Of a DNA stretch of 64,000 nt, positions 45,857 through 57,777 are shown piece after piece. The position numbers and the translations under genes were made by a program. How positions within the stretch are numbered: the first letter of the stretch is position 1; every line of letters starts with the position of its first letter. The stretch covers positions 271,477 through 335,476 of the forward strand of contig CAZIZK010000001.1 in assembly GCA_964544225.1 (NCBI GenBank), read 5' to 3'. The stretch is from an uncultured Candidatus Saccharibacteria bacterium (GTDB lineage: Bacteria > Patescibacteriota > Minisyncoccia > Phycocordibacterales > UBA9973). The notes beneath the pieces were generated by a model that was not told where the DNA came from, searched no databases, and worked only from the letters and a program-made list of their open reading frames with translations.

Positions 45857-48067
45857 TTATTCCATAGGGGCTGTGTGATCCATAGACTTTTCTAATACAT
45901 CACGAGGCTTGGATCCGTTACCAGGGCCCACAACTCCACGCTCTTCGAGCATGTCGATCAATTTTGCAGCACGAGCGTATCCAACACCTAGCTTGCGTTG
46001 TAGGAATGATGTACTTGCTTTGCCAGAGTCTATAACTGTCATGCGGGCGTCTTCATACAAGTCATCGTCGGCGTTGTCATCCATACTTGCGTTAAATAGG
46101 TTATTGCCACCTTCTATATTGCCGGAAAGTTCTATCTCATCTGGAAGCTCGTCTTGATAAGCCCTCCTTAGATATTGTACCACTTTTTTCACTTCTTCTT
46201 CAGAGATAAAGGCACTCTGTAGGCGCTCTGGCTGACTCATCTCACCTGAGGCATATAGCATGTCTCCGGCACCTAGCAACTTCTCTGCACCAGCAGCGTC
46301 CAATATAGTACGTGAGTCGATCTGTGATGACACCTGTAGGGCAACACGAGTAGGGACATTGGCCTTGATAAGCCCTGTAATAACGTTTACAGAAGGGCGC
46401 TGTGTGGAAAGTATAAGGTGTATACCCACAGCACGGGACATCTGAGCTAGGCGTACGATAGCACTCTCAAGCTCTCTTGGGTATGACTGCATTATGTCGG
46501 CCAACTCATCGATAATGATCACGATATATGGCATACGCTCGGCGTTATCTTCAGCCTTCTTCTTTGGTAGTACTGTATTGTGGTAACTCTCAATATCACG
46601 CACAGCCTCACTCTCCAGGATGTCATAACGGCGATCCATCTCTTTTGCTGCCCATTTGAGCGCTAGGATACATTTCTTTGCATCAGTGATAACAGGGGTT
46701 AGCAGGTGGGGGATCTTGTTATATAGGGTCAACTCTACACGCTTTGGGTCCACCATGATCATGCGCATATCCTCAGGACCATTGCGGTAAAGGAGTGATG
46801 TGATGACTGAATGGATAGTTACAGACTTACCAGAACCTGTCGCACCAGCGATCAATGCATGAGGCATCTTTGCCAGGTTACCGAAATACGCACGTCCAGA
46901 TAGGCCCTTACCTAGGGCTACTGTTAGAGGCTTGCCTGCATTTTGGAATTTCTCATCAGACAGTAGTGTTGCAAGGCCGACTGTAGACTTGACCTTGTTC
47001 GGGATCTCGATACCTACAAGAGACTTGCCAGGGATAGGGGCTTCGATACGGATAGGGTGTGCAGCGAGCGCCAGCGCCAGGTCGTTCTGTAGGCCTACTA
47101 TACGTGATAGCTTCATACCTTGGGCAGGCTTCAGTGCGTAGCGAGTAACAGTAGGGCCGATAGTTACCTCGTCCATCTCTACTTGGATACCAAAGTTCGC
47201 AAGAGTGCGCTGGATGATGTTCATGTTGGCTTTGATATCACCAACATTTGGCTTGCCTTTGTCGCGTTCAAGGAGTGTAAGTGGGGGAGGGACATATGCA
47301 CCTGCCACCTTTCTCTTCTTTGGAACAAAGTCTTCGTCAAAATTTTCTTCAGGTATCTCGTCTGTTGTTTCGATCTGCTTTACCTCTTCTTTTGGCTCCT
47401 CTTTTATTTCTTCATCTTCGTAATTGTATTCATCATAAGACTCTTCTTTTTTACTAAAGAGTGACAAGTTCAACTTTTGAGTAAAGAAACTTTTTACACT
47501 ATTCCATACACCTATTAGGTTCGGCTTGTTGTCGAACAGTACAATGAGTGAGATTATAAGTATCGCACCTAGGAAAAGCAGGCTCGCGTATATACCAAAT
47601 AGTTTTATAAAAGGCCAAGCGAACAAGCTACCTAGGTACCCACCCATCGCGATATTTTCTGAAGGTCCAGTTCCATTCATTGCAATATCCATAATCGCAA
47701 GTGATGATAACAATACTAATGCACCGGTGACAGCGTGCAGGCGAGCAACCTGTGGTTTGCCTTTACGCATAAATGATACACCTACAACACCCAGAAGTAC
47801 CGGTAGGAAGTAGTACCCCACACCAAAGAATGAATTAAATATCTTGGAAAAGAATGTTCCAGCTACGCCCGCAGATTGGAAGAACGACATAACAATAAAT
47901 ACTCCCAATACAAAGAAGCTAACACCGATAATACTGTGCCTAGTTTCTTCTTTTAGTTCTACTTTTACTTTACCTTTTTTATTAACAGACTTCTTGTTTT
48001 TACGAGGGGACTTTTTAACGTCCTCTTCGTCGAAATCTTCCTCTTCTTCAACAACTTTTTTTGCCAT
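45857..48067 (-). CDS. ftsK: DNA translocase FtsK/SpoIIIE
   Basis: N-terminal transmembrane segments, acidic/Pro linker, motor domain with Walker A GATGSGKSV and Walker B IIIDELAD, and C-terminal gamma wHTH. Confidence 0.9.
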   Translation of the reverse strand: MAKKVVEEEEDFDEEDVKKSPRKNKKSVNKKGKVKVELKEETRHSIIGVSFFVLGVFIVMSFFQSAGVAGTFFSKIFNSFFGVGYYFLPVLLGVVGVSFMRKGKPQVARLHAVTGALVLLSSLAIMDIAMNGTGPSENIAMGGYLGSLFAWPFIKLFGIYASLLFLGAILIISLIVLFDNKPNLIGVWNSVKSFFTQKLNLSLFSKKEESYDEYNYEDEEIKEEPKEEVKQIETTDEIPEENFDEDFVPKKRKVAGAYVPPPLTLLERDKGKPNVGDIKANMNIIQRTLANFGIQVEMDEVTIGPTVTRYALKPAQGMKLSRIVGLQNDLALALAAHPIRIEAPIPGKSLVGIEIPNKVKSTVGLATLLSDEKFQNAGKPLTVALGKGLSGRAYFGNLAKMPHALIAGATGSGKSVTIHSVITSLLYRNGPEDMRMIMVDPKRVELTLYNKIPHLLTPVITDAKKCILALKWAAKEMDRRYDILESEAVRDIESYHNTVLPKKKAEDNAERMPYIVIIIDELADIMQSYPRELESAIVRLAQMSRAVGIHLILSTQRPSVNVITGLIKANVPTRVALQVSSQIDSRTILDAAGAEKLLGAGDMLYASGEMSQPERLQSAFISEEEVKKVVQYLRRAYQDELPDEIELSGNIEGGNNLFNASMDDNADDDLYEDARMTVIDSGKASTSFLQRKLGVGYARAAKLIDMLEERGVVGPGNGSKPRDVLEKSMDHTAPME

Positions 48068-48245
48068 AATATTTGATAATTATATCACGAATACCTGTGA
48101 ATAAGTAAGAAAAAAGTATTGTGGAATAATATGTTTCTGAAGAAAATCATTATTTTAAAAAGGTCTTTTTTCATTGCTTGCATTATGTCCTATGTCCGTT
48201 ATATAATGGTCAGGCAATTTACTAAAATATACTCAAAGACATAAA

Positions 48246-49142
48246 ATGAATTACGAAAAAGACATACAAAATCAAACAGACAACAAGGCCCAGAATCAAA
48301 TGGACAACCATAAAGGACCCTTGTTTTACAGTGCTTTTTCACAATTCGCTACCAAAAAGACACAGAAGCTAGTCACAGCCTTGTACATGGTTACTGACTG
48401 CATGGAGGCCGACGAGGCGCTAAAGTCAAAGATGCGATCATTGGGCGTTGCCTTGTTATCAGACATACATGACCTAGCCCAGCTACGTGCATCGGACAAG
48501 CATTTTACAACAGCTTCATGCGTGTCTCGTATAAACGAAATAATCTCTTTTGTAGAGATAGCTTTCATCATCGGATTCGTGTCAGAAATGAATACTAATA
48601 TACTGAAGAATGAGTTCAATATATTGCGTTCCGAATTGCTGAAATTCCAGGAGAAGAACCAGACAAATGGTCCAGGTAACCCAGCCTTTGCAAGTAGCCC
48701 TGTAACCCACTTTTCTATCAATAGGGAGTCACTGTCAGTACCACTACCAACATACGAAGAGCCACAATCTTTACCAAAGCCTTTTTGGTCCAATGAATTA
48801 AACAATGTCCCTGATATAGCTGAAGAACCTAAAGGACAAATAAAAGACAATAAGGAGCATATGTCCTTTACAAAAAAGCTTGAGATGTTGTCTTTTAAAT
48901 CTAAAATGAACTCTGTATCTAATGATACACAAAAGTCCTTTACTAAAGAAGAAAAGTCCGATAGAAAGACAAAAATAGTTCAATTAATAAAGGATAAAAG
49001 GGAAGTAAGTATAAAGGACATATCATCGTCCTTTACAGATTGCTCGGAAAAGACAATCCAGCGTGAACTCAATGATCTGGTGCTTAATGGACAAATACGC
49101 AAGTCGGGGGAGAAGCGCTGGTCCCGTTACCACAGTATCTAG
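48246..49142 (+). CDS. Hypothetical protein with C-terminal winged-helix DNA-binding domain (DeoR/HTH-like)
   Basis: C-terminal IVQLIKDKREVSIKDISSSFTDCSEKTIQRELNDLVLNGQIRKSGEKRWSRY resembles a wHTH. The N-terminal 200 aa are unassigned. Confidence 0.45.
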   Translation: MNYEKDIQNQTDNKAQNQMDNHKGPLFYSAFSQFATKKTQKLVTALYMVTDCMEADEALKSKMRSLGVALLSDIHDLAQLRASDKHFTTASCVSRINEIISFVEIAFIIGFVSEMNTNILKNEFNILRSELLKFQEKNQTNGPGNPAFASSPVTHFSINRESLSVPLPTYEEPQSLPKPFWSNELNNVPDIAEEPKGQIKDNKEHMSFTKKLEMLSFKSKMNSVSNDTQKSFTKEEKSDRKTKIVQLIKDKREVSIKDISSSFTDCSEKTIQRELNDLVLNGQIRKSGEKRWSRYHSI

Positions 49143-49149
49143 AACTTTT

Positions 49150-49190
49150 AAAATCCCCCGCAAGCGCCTTAGGCGCTTGCGGGGGATTTT
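49150..49190 (+). terminator. Strong rho-independent terminator
   Basis: aaaatcccccgcaagcgcc-tta-ggcgcttgcgggggatttt is a 17-bp GC-rich stem. Confidence 0.8.
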
Positions 49191-49939
49191 CATAATAGTC
49201 TTGTAATAAAAGCCTTTTATATCCGTCTGTATATATAGGTATCGTGTCTGTGGCGAGTATTGTTTCAGAGGTTTAAAACCTCCGAGAATATCTATCCTAC
49301 ACAGGATATCCACACCATTTTCTATATGATTTTTATAGAGATGTGGTGTATAATGTTTTACGTATAGCACTAGTATATTTTCGTATATTGTGCTATCATA
49401 TAACATCTGTGGATATTGTGTATTTATATACAATATATACAGTACCAGCACTGTTTACAGGCGCTGGGGATCATTGAAAATAGAATACTGTATTTTATTG
49501 ATACCGAATCAAAATACAGGTTAGTTGTTTCTCAACTATTACATGCGCCGTTTCTCGGTATGCAGTAATGTGTTTACAATTATCATTCGTTTCAATTGGT
49601 CTGCTACTTGTACTATATATAGTATATGTGGCGTACCGACATAGCGTCGGAACAAGGCCTTTTTTCGAAACTTATTCAGTTTGTTTAAACATTTTATATT
49701 TATCTTGTGATAGAGCTTGATAAAGATAGAATTTATAAATACTCTGATTAGTCACGCTCGTCTTGATCATATTAATACTACTTTGATAGAGAAGTATGAA
49801 ATACGAAAGAGTTCGGGCAAACGATACACCTTTATAAAGTGTATCGAAGAAAATGTTTATATGGTGCTAGTGTAGGAGTCTGGAATAATCCGACCCTCGT
49901 CGAAGCTAGCGTAACCTATAGATATTTAGTTAAACAATT

Positions 49940-51850
49940 ATGTTAAAATTTATACAATCAAAAACTTTCAAGATCGGAGGTTTCGTTGTAGCTTTTGCTT
50001 TCGCGTTCGCGCTTATGGCAAGTGCAGCAACTTACGTTCCAGTTAAGAAGGGTTCAGACGCGACTGCTGTTATGGCAGTTCAGACTCTAGTTGGTGCTAC
50101 AGCGGACGGTAAATACGGTCCAATGACAGCAGCTAAGGTTATGGCATGGCAGGCAGCTAACGGCTTAACAGCTGATGGTAAGTTCGGTCCAATGTCAGCA
50201 GCGAAAGCTAACGGTGGTTCAACAACAACTACAACAAGTACTGTTGCAGGATGTGCACCAGGCGCAATGTTCAGTGCAACAACTGGCATGCCATGTACAA
50301 CAACTACAACAACTACTACTACAACTACTGGTATGACTGGTGGTGCAGGTAGTGCTACTGTTACTGAGCTTTCAACTCCTACATCAAACACAAAGATTGG
50401 TGAAGGTGATACAAATGCAAAGGTTCTTGGTATCGAAGTAGAAGCTGACAACAACTCAGATCTATCAGTTACATCAATGAAAGTTTCATTCGTAAATGGT
50501 GGTTCAGGTTCAAGTAAGCTAAACCGTTACGCAAAGACTGTATCAATCTGGTACAACGATGCAAAGGTAGGTTCAGCTTCAACTGATGATTTCTCTGAGA
50601 CTTCAGGTACTTACTCAAAGTCAATCTCTATAGCTAACGCTATAGTAAAGGCTGACAAAGTTGGTAAGTTCTATGTTGCAGTAGATGCTATCTCAGATAT
50701 TGATTCTGGAAACACAGGCTCATCAAACAACACATGGACAGTTACTCTAAACAGTACACGTTACATGGATGCAACAGGTGCAGTACTAACAGACTCAACA
50801 GGTTCAATCGCAAACACAGCAATATTTGATACTCTTTCAAGTACAAATGATGTTGAAGCAAAGGTTAACCTAGCATCTGATTCAGTTACATCAAAGACAA
50901 TCAAGGTATCTACAACAAACGACACAAACCAAGTTGAGCTTATGAAGTTTACAATCAAGGCTCAAGGTTCAAAGATGGTTGTTGACCAGATCCCAGTATT
51001 GTTCACAGCTACAGGTACAGCAGCTTCTGATCTAGATCAGATGACTTCTAATGTAACTTTGAAGATCGATGGTCAAACATTCAACGAATCAGTTGTAACA
51101 TCAGCTACAGCTACAGCTACAATTAGTTTCGATGATCTAAACATTGAAGTTTCAGCAGAATCTACTGTAACAGGTACAATCTACGCTGATCTTAACGACA
51201 TCGACACTGGTTTTGCTGAAGGCGACACTCTTACAGCAGCTATCACATCATCTCTTGTAACTACAACAGGTAGTTCAGCAGGTGCTCTTGATATAGAAGA
51301 TTCAAATGGTGACCAGGTTGCAACAGGTGACCGTTCAGGTTCTGCAACAGGTAATGTTCTTACATTCCGTTCAACAGGTGTTAACGCTGTAATGGGTACA
51401 CCATCATACAGCCGTACAACTGATACAAACGGTAAGATAACTTCAGTTACTTACACAGTACCAGTTGCAGTTACTGCTTTTGGTAACACATTGTACATGG
51501 GTCAGTCAGCACAATTCGCTACTACAGCAACAGCATCTAATGCTTTTGCTATAACATTCGAAAATGCTGCTGCTCCAACAACAGCACTTACTTCATCTTC
51601 AACACAATCAATAACTCTATCTAGTTCAAATGCAACTATAGAGACTAATGGTTTCCGTCTAGATGATGGTACAACAAAGAACTTTACTATCACTGTTAAC
51701 CTAACAGACCCAAATGCATATGATGCATCATTCCGTGTTCGTCTAGCGCAAGCTCGCACATTCACAGAAGCATGGTTGTCTACAGGTACAAATAGTACTC
51801 TTCTACCACAAACTGACTACAGAACAGGATTTGAACTTATCAACAACTAA
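49940..51850 (+). CDS. Secreted Thr/Ser-rich cell-surface protein with N-terminal peptidoglycan-binding-like domain and poly-Thr linkers
   Basis: Signal peptide (FVVAFAFAFALMASA). PG_binding_1-like double motif VQTLVGATADGKYGPMTAAKVMAWQAANGLTADGKFGPMSAAKA. Cys-loop CAPGAMFSATTGMPC flanked by T4-T11 runs. A ~500-aa Ser/Thr-rich beta-type region follows. Confidence 0.65.
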   Translation: MLKFIQSKTFKIGGFVVAFAFAFALMASAATYVPVKKGSDATAVMAVQTLVGATADGKYGPMTAAKVMAWQAANGLTADGKFGPMSAAKANGGSTTTTTSTVAGCAPGAMFSATTGMPCTTTTTTTTTTTGMTGGAGSATVTELSTPTSNTKIGEGDTNAKVLGIEVEADNNSDLSVTSMKVSFVNGGSGSSKLNRYAKTVSIWYNDAKVGSASTDDFSETSGTYSKSISIANAIVKADKVGKFYVAVDAISDIDSGNTGSSNNTWTVTLNSTRYMDATGAVLTDSTGSIANTAIFDTLSSTNDVEAKVNLASDSVTSKTIKVSTTNDTNQVELMKFTIKAQGSKMVVDQIPVLFTATGTAASDLDQMTSNVTLKIDGQTFNESVVTSATATATISFDDLNIEVSAESTVTGTIYADLNDIDTGFAEGDTLTAAITSSLVTTTGSSAGALDIEDSNGDQVATGDRSGSATGNVLTFRSTGVNAVMGTPSYSRTTDTNGKITSVTYTVPVAVTAFGNTLYMGQSAQFATTATASNAFAITFENAAAPTTALTSSSTQSITLSSSNATIETNGFRLDDGTTKNFTITVNLTDPNAYDASFRVRLAQARTFTEAWLSTGTNSTLLPQTDYRTGFELINN

Positions 51851-51917
51851 TAATTCATTAGTTTAGATAGTTTGAACTTGATCTAAGGTTAAGTTAACCA
51901 AAAAGCCACCCATATGG

Positions 51918-53975
51918 GTGGCTTTTTGGTTTTTCTGGTATAATATCTGCATGAATATAAAGGATAAAATACTACAATATACATCTTTTGCCCTGGTCTT
52001 ATTGGCCCCATTGATTTATTGGTCACATAGGCTATTCCCATACATATCTTCTAAAACCTATTTCCTGTATGGATCAATAGAAGTTATATTTTTTATTTGG
52101 CTTTATACAGCTATTGTGGATAGGTCATACAGGCTTACTAAGCAAAATATATTATGGTTCACACCAGCACTCTTGTTTGTTTTGTGGATGACAGTTGCGG
52201 GGTTGTTTGGATATAACCTCGAGATGTCTTTTTGGTCATCATTTGCTCGGGGAACAGGGTTGCTCACTTTGTATCATTGTTTAGCTTTTTCAATTGTTAT
52301 AGCTTCTTTAGTAAATAAACATGGTATTAATTATCTAAATAAGTTTATAAATTATTTTTTAATAGGATCTTTTATACTTTCTATTAGTATTTGGCTGGGA
52401 GACAATTTTTTTATAAATAGATTAGAGATGTTAAAGTTTAGTAACGAGGGAGGGTTGATGGGGCAGTCCACACTAGCAGCAACATACCTAACATTTGCTC
52501 TCGCTTTTTCAATTTTTATGTTCTTTAAAAAAGACGTAACAAATAGAATGCGATACTGGCTCGTGTTTGTTATTTTGACAATATTGGCATCCCCACTATT
52601 TTTCAGCCTATTGAATCTATTTAAAGGAACAAGTGTTCTTGGTAGTGCGCGTGCTGCGATACTATCAATACCAGTTATAATTGTGGTTGCGTACACTTTC
52701 TACCTAAGTTTGAGTAATAAGAAAATTATTAGGAATATAGGTATTAGTATGTGCATAATAGGTATCGCAAGCTTTTCTATTTTTTGGGTGCAACTTATGA
52801 ACCCGAGTACGAAAATCCACAATGCCTTTGCACAAGAAGCTCGCGAGACTCGATTTATCTTTTGGGATATAGCTGATAAAGCTTTGAGTACACACCCATT
52901 ATTAGGTTATGGTCCAGAGAACTACATGGTTGCCTTTCAAGAGAATTTCAACCCAGACCTACTTTTGTCACAAAATAATACAGAGGGGTGGGATGATCGT
53001 GCTCATAATATATATTATGATATAGGTGTATCAGGTGGGTATCCCGCAATAGCCTTCTATGCTTTATTTTTATTAAGTACACTTGTTTTAATATATAAAG
53101 CGAAAAATATAAATAAGATTAATCGAGCACAAGCATCAGTCTTAGGAGCGTTAGTTATAGGGTATGTCTTTCAGAATTTATTTGCTTTTGACTCCAATTT
53201 GTCTATTTTTGTCATTTTTATGCTATTTGGTGTTCTTAATTCTTTAGCTTTTTTGGACAAAGAAGGTTATGTGGCATCACCTAAAATTAAAGATAACGAT
53301 AAGTATTTACTCTTATTTGGTATTACTATTTTATTTGCTGTATCTTGGGTATTTTTTACATACATGCCTACCCGTAAATCAAAAGCTTTTGCAGAAACAT
53401 TTGCATCTACCATAGACAAACGTTCACAATTATACCCAGATTTATTAAAAGGTTCTGTCGTTGGACAAGGGTGGGATGTGAGTGGATTGGCCTTTGATTC
53501 ATATAGGGAGTATGTTTCAAATGCAATACAATTAAAAAATAATAAGCAAATATTACCTTATTTAGTAAATAATTTAAATTCATTATTAGATTATTTATAT
53601 AAAGTTGCTGAGAACAATACTACTGATTATCGTTTATACATTACTATTGGTTATTTGGAAAATACACTTACTTATATGTCTGATAGACCGTATACACCAG
53701 AACTCAAAGCCAGATTATTAAGTGTTCTCGATAAGGCTCAGAAGTTAGCACCTAATAACCCCAATGTGTATTGGGGTATAGCTCAGGCTAAGGTATGGTC
53801 TGGAGACTTTGCTGGTACCGAGGAGGCGTACAGGAAAGCTATGGAAGTTGCGCCTAATTTACCAGGGTCTTACACATTATTTATGAAATACGCACAAGCT
53901 TTAGGTAATCAGAAGCTATTTAATGAAATTGCCTCTGAAGCACAGAAGAATGTAGCAGACTTTAAATATAATTAA
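51918..53975 (+). CDS. O-antigen ligase/Wzy_C-family polytopic membrane protein with C-terminal TPR domain (candidate O-oligosaccharyltransferase or polymerase)
   Basis: About 10 transmembrane helices with a large extracytoplasmic loop of the Wzy_C type. The ~230-aa C-terminal soluble region carries TPR-like repeats (NPNVYWGIAQAKVWSGDFAGTEEAYRKAMEVAPN). Confidence 0.6.
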   Translation: MAFWFFWYNICMNIKDKILQYTSFALVLLAPLIYWSHRLFPYISSKTYFLYGSIEVIFFIWLYTAIVDRSYRLTKQNILWFTPALLFVLWMTVAGLFGYNLEMSFWSSFARGTGLLTLYHCLAFSIVIASLVNKHGINYLNKFINYFLIGSFILSISIWLGDNFFINRLEMLKFSNEGGLMGQSTLAATYLTFALAFSIFMFFKKDVTNRMRYWLVFVILTILASPLFFSLLNLFKGTSVLGSARAAILSIPVIIVVAYTFYLSLSNKKIIRNIGISMCIIGIASFSIFWVQLMNPSTKIHNAFAQEARETRFIFWDIADKALSTHPLLGYGPENYMVAFQENFNPDLLLSQNNTEGWDDRAHNIYYDIGVSGGYPAIAFYALFLLSTLVLIYKAKNINKINRAQASVLGALVIGYVFQNLFAFDSNLSIFVIFMLFGVLNSLAFLDKEGYVASPKIKDNDKYLLLFGITILFAVSWVFFTYMPTRKSKAFAETFASTIDKRSQLYPDLLKGSVVGQGWDVSGLAFDSYREYVSNAIQLKNNKQILPYLVNNLNSLLDYLYKVAENNTTDYRLYITIGYLENTLTYMSDRPYTPELKARLLSVLDKAQKLAPNNPNVYWGIAQAKVWSGDFAGTEEAYRKAMEVAPNLPGSYTLFMKYAQALGNQKLFNEIASEAQKNVADFKYN

Positions 53976-53976
53976 T

Positions 53977-54882
53977 ATGTATAAAACAATCGTTACAGGA
54001 GGGGCAGGGTTTATAGGGTCGCATATTGTGGACGCTCTTGTGGATCTTGGCCACGAGGTTCATATTGTAGACAATATGTTTGCAGGTAAAAAAGAAAATA
54101 TTAACCCAAAGGCCGTGTTGCATACTGTAGATATTCGCGATTTGGATAGATTAAAGGACCTATTTCATGGTGCTACCTATGTTTTCCACCAGGCTGCGTT
54201 GCCACAAGTGCAATATTCTATCGAGAATCCGATCGAAACAAATGAAGTAAATGTAGTTGGTACATTAAATGTATTGGAAGCTTGTAGGGTAAATAATGTA
54301 AAGAGGGTAATATTTGCCTCTACTTGTGCAATCTATGGTAGTAGTGAAATACTCCCTTTTATCGAAGACACACAATCCTCACCTATGTCTCCATACGCAA
54401 TTCATAAATATGTTGGGGAGTCGTATATGAAATTGTATTCACAAATTTATAATCTGGAAACAGTTTGTCTAAGGTATTTCAATGCATATGGAAATAGGGC
54501 AAGTGTAAACGGATCGTATCCATTAGTAATTGCAAAATTTCTAGATTCAAGGAAGCAAAACAAGCCACTACTAATAACAGGCGATGGAAACAATACGCGT
54601 GATTATGTAAACGTTCTAGATATTGCACGGGCCAATATTGTGGCAATGAATTGCGACAATGTGGGCAAAGGGGAGGTGATCAATATTGCTTGTGGTAAAG
54701 AATACTCGGTAAATCAAATCGCCGAATTAATAGGCGGGGAAATTGAATATATTGCACCTAGGATAGAGCCAAAAAAGGCTGTGGCTGATATTACAAAAGC
54801 AAAAAATTTGTTGGGTTGGGAGCCAAGCATCAAGCTCGAGGATGCCTTGTTAGAATTGAAGAAGTATAATAATATAGCTTAA
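53977..54882 (+). CDS. NAD-dependent sugar-nucleotide epimerase/dehydratase (SDR family, GalE-like)
   Basis: [10 protein letters not shown] Rossmann motif and YxxxK catalytic pair (YAIHK). Confidence 0.85.
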   Translation: MYKTIVTGGAGFIGSHIVDALVDLGHEVHIVDNMFAGKKENINPKAVLHTVDIRDLDRLKDLFHGATYVFHQAALPQVQYSIENPIETNEVNVVGTLNVLEACRVNNVKRVIFASTCAIYGSSEILPFIEDTQSSPMSPYAIHKYVGESYMKLYSQIYNLETVCLRYFNAYGNRASVNGSYPLVIAKFLDSRKQNKPLLITGDGNNTRDYVNVLDIARANIVAMNCDNVGKGEVINIACGKEYSVNQIAELIGGEIEYIAPRIEPKKAVADITKAKNLLGWEPSIKLEDALLELKKYNNIA

Positions 54883-54883
54883 T

Positions 54884-55945
54884 ATGGATAAAATAAAGAA
54901 AGCATTGATAATAGGTATCACAGGGCAGGATGGGTCATATCTAGCCGAGTTTTTGCTTGCAAAGGGCTATGAAGTGCATGGTATTATTCGTCGCTCATCG
55001 AGCTTTAATACAGCGCGCCTCGATAAAATATATCAGGATCCACATGTAGACAATCGCAATCTAATACTTCACTATGGGGATCTATCAGATTCATACAGTC
55101 TACACAATATAATAAAGAAGGCTCAGCCGGATGAAGTCTACAATCTGGGTGCGCAGAGTCATGTGCGTGTCAGCTTCGATATACCCGAATACACAGCCGA
55201 TATAGATGCACTAGGAACCTTGCGGTTGCTTGATGCAGTGAAGGAAAGTGGCTTGCCGATACGCTTTTACCAAGCAGGGTCTTCTGAAATGTTCGGTAAA
55301 GTCCTAGAAACTCCCCAGAAAGAAACAACTCCTTTTAACCCAGCAAGTCCCTACGGATGCGCGAAAGTTTTCTCGCATCATATTTGTGTCAATTATCGTG
55401 AGTCATATGGAATGTTTATCTGTAACGGCATATTGTTCAATCACGAGTCACCTCGTCGTGGCCGAACTTTCGTCACAAAGAAGATAGTAGAAGGTTTGGT
55501 GGATATAAAGCTCGGCAAGAAAGACAAGATATTTCTCGGCAATCTAGATGCAAAGCGTGACTGGGGTTATGCTCATGACTATGTAGAGGCTATGTGGCTC
55601 ATGCTTCAGCAGGATACTCCCGATGACTATGTAATAGCCACAGGCGAGACACACTCTGTCCGCGAGTTTGTGGAATATGCATCTTCACTTATTGGGTACA
55701 AGATAAACTGGAGTGGATTTGGGCTTGCTGAAGTGGGTACAGACGAGTCAACAGGTAAAGATATTATAAATATCGACGAGCAGTATTACAGACCAAGCGA
55801 AGTTGACTTGTTATTAGGTGACCCAAGTAAGGCAAAGAGTAAACTAAACTGGGACACAAAGGTAAAATTCAAAGATTTGGTGGACATAATGATGAAGGAA
55901 GAGTTCGAGGAACGTGGTTTTAAAAGTAGTGATTATATAAAATAA
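54884..55945 (+). CDS. gmd: GDP-mannose 4,6-dehydratase
   Basis: [36 protein letters not shown] is the canonical Gmd N-terminus. Also YGCAKVF and NHESPRRG. Confidence 0.95.
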   Translation: MDKIKKALIIGITGQDGSYLAEFLLAKGYEVHGIIRRSSSFNTARLDKIYQDPHVDNRNLILHYGDLSDSYSLHNIIKKAQPDEVYNLGAQSHVRVSFDIPEYTADIDALGTLRLLDAVKESGLPIRFYQAGSSEMFGKVLETPQKETTPFNPASPYGCAKVFSHHICVNYRESYGMFICNGILFNHESPRRGRTFVTKKIVEGLVDIKLGKKDKIFLGNLDAKRDWGYAHDYVEAMWLMLQQDTPDDYVIATGETHSVREFVEYASSLIGYKINWSGFGLAEVGTDESTGKDIINIDEQYYRPSEVDLLLGDPSKAKSKLNWDTKVKFKDLVDIMMKEEFEERGFKSSDYIK

Positions 55946-55946
55946 T

Positions 55947-56885
55947 ATGAACAAGGATTCAAAGATATATGTAGCAGGACACAGGGGGCTTGCAGGTTCT
56001 GCAATAATGCGTGGTTTGCAAACTGCTGGTTATACAAACATAGTAGTCCGGACACATGCCGAGCTAGACTTAACTTCTGAAGACGCTGTTAAAAACTTTT
56101 TTATTTCTGAAAAGCCCGAGTATGTTTTCCTTGCTGCTGCAAAAGTGGGTGGAATCAATGCTAACAATACACAACCAGCTCTCTTTATAAGGCAAAATTT
56201 ACAAATACAAACCAATGTTATAGATCAGTCTTATAAAAATAATGTGAAGAAGTTATTGTTTCTTGGCAGTTCTTGTATTTATCCAAAGCTTGCACCGCAA
56301 CCAATGAAAGAAGAGTGTTTATTAACAAGCGAACTTGAGCCTACAAGTAGGCCATATGCAATAGCAAAGATAGCAGGTATTATAATGTGCCAGTCTTATA
56401 CTAAACAGTACGGCATGCCTACTATAAGTGTTATGCCAGCCAATTTGTATGGGGAAAATGACAATTTTAATTTAGAAACATCTCATGTTATGCCGGCGCT
56501 TATTCGTAAATTCCATGAAGCAAAAATAAATAATACAAAAGAGGTGGTAGCATGGGGTACAGGTAGTCCGATGCGTGAGTTCCTACATGTAGATGATTTG
56601 GCATCTGCATGTATATTTCTAATGAATAATTATAATGATCCAGAGATTATCAATATTGGTACAGGCGAGGATGTAACCATCCGTGAACTAACAGAAATGG
56701 TAAAAAAGATTGTCGGATATGAAGGCAATATTGTGTGGGATTCATCGAAGCCCGATGGTACTCCAAGGAAGGTGATGGACGTATCTAAACTGCATAATTT
56801 AGGGTTTAGACACACCACCTCGCTTGAGCATGGTATACAATTAACTTACCAATGGTATAAAGAAAATCAAGGATTAAGACAATGA
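55947..56885 (+). CDS. fcl: GDP-L-fucose synthase (GDP-4-keto-6-deoxymannose 3,5-epimerase/4-reductase)
   Basis: [21 protein letters not shown] and YAIAKIAG are typical Fcl/WcaG motifs. It lies directly downstream of gmd. Confidence 0.9.
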   Translation: MNKDSKIYVAGHRGLAGSAIMRGLQTAGYTNIVVRTHAELDLTSEDAVKNFFISEKPEYVFLAAAKVGGINANNTQPALFIRQNLQIQTNVIDQSYKNNVKKLLFLGSSCIYPKLAPQPMKEECLLTSELEPTSRPYAIAKIAGIIMCQSYTKQYGMPTISVMPANLYGENDNFNLETSHVMPALIRKFHEAKINNTKEVVAWGTGSPMREFLHVDDLASACIFLMNNYNDPEIINIGTGEDVTIRELTEMVKKIVGYEGNIVWDSSKPDGTPRKVMDVSKLHNLGFRHTTSLEHGIQLTYQWYKENQGLRQ

Positions 56886-57772
56886 TCGTAGTTAGGTTAA
56901 AAGGTGGGTTAGGTAATCAGATGTTCCAATACGCATTGGGCAGGATTTTGTCTATCAAAAATAATACCGAACTAGTATTTAACATCGAAGCCTACGAAGA
57001 CAAGAGCCCTAGACTTTTTAAGAGCAATTTTGCAATGCGTGACTATGATTTGGGTGTTTTTAATATAAAAGGTCGCATTGCTAAAAAGTCTGAAATACCA
57101 TTGCTATATAGGATGTATGGTAAAGGTAAACTGATGGTCCTAATAGATGCTGTTAGGCGAAGAATCTTCAAGCATAAAGCTCAAGAGTTATATACTCAAA
57201 GGTTTAATCCTTATATGTTATCACTAGGCAAGGACTCATATATAGATGGTTTTTTTCAGTCACCAAAATATTTTATTGGATATGAAGATATTATTAGGCA
57301 AGATTTTAAATTAAGAAATGAACCTAGTGATAATATAAAACAAATGTATAAAGATATTTCGAATCATGAGTCTTTGTGTATGCATGTGAGGCGTGGAGAT
57401 TTCATAGGTAACCCTAATCATGATGTTTTAGATAGTGATTATTATAATAAAGCTATTTCTCTTTTAGAAGGCAAGACAAATATTGATACAATTTATATTT
57501 TTTCTGATGATATACAATGGTGCAAAGATAATATGCATTTCAATTACCCGACAGTATTTGTATCTGAGGGGTATGCTGGACTAAAAGGGGAGGGGCATAT
57601 GTACCTTATGAGTGCCTGCAAGAATTTTATAATACCAAACAGTACTTTCTCTTGGTGGGGAGTTTGGCTTTCGGAAAACAAAAACAAGAAGGTGGTGACC
57701 CCAAAGATATGGACAAAAGACCCTAATAACAATATGGGGGATTTAATATTAGAAGACTGGATAAGGATTTAA
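56882..57772 (+). CDS. Alpha-1,2-fucosyltransferase (glycosyltransferase family 11)
   Basis: GT11 motif [14 protein letters not shown], motif II HVRRGDF and C-terminal [13 protein letters not shown]. Confidence 0.85.
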   Translation: MIVVRLKGGLGNQMFQYALGRILSIKNNTELVFNIEAYEDKSPRLFKSNFAMRDYDLGVFNIKGRIAKKSEIPLLYRMYGKGKLMVLIDAVRRRIFKHKAQELYTQRFNPYMLSLGKDSYIDGFFQSPKYFIGYEDIIRQDFKLRNEPSDNIKQMYKDISNHESLCMHVRRGDFIGNPNHDVLDSDYYNKAISLLEGKTNIDTIYIFSDDIQWCKDNMHFNYPTVFVSEGYAGLKGEGHMYLMSACKNFIIPNSTFSWWGVWLSENKNKKVVTPKIWTKDPNNNMGDLILEDWIRI

Positions 57773-57777
57773 TTTTT

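Noticed and set aside
49023-49451. 142-aa minus-strand ORF in the long AT-rich spacer
   Set aside because: It runs through the strong plus-strand terminator palindrome, has no motif and has biased composition. It is probably a chance ORF in AT-rich DNA.
50230-50340. ACA/ACT-rich simple repeats in 49940-51850
   Set aside because: They are the poly-Thr codon runs of the surface protein, not an independent microsatellite feature.
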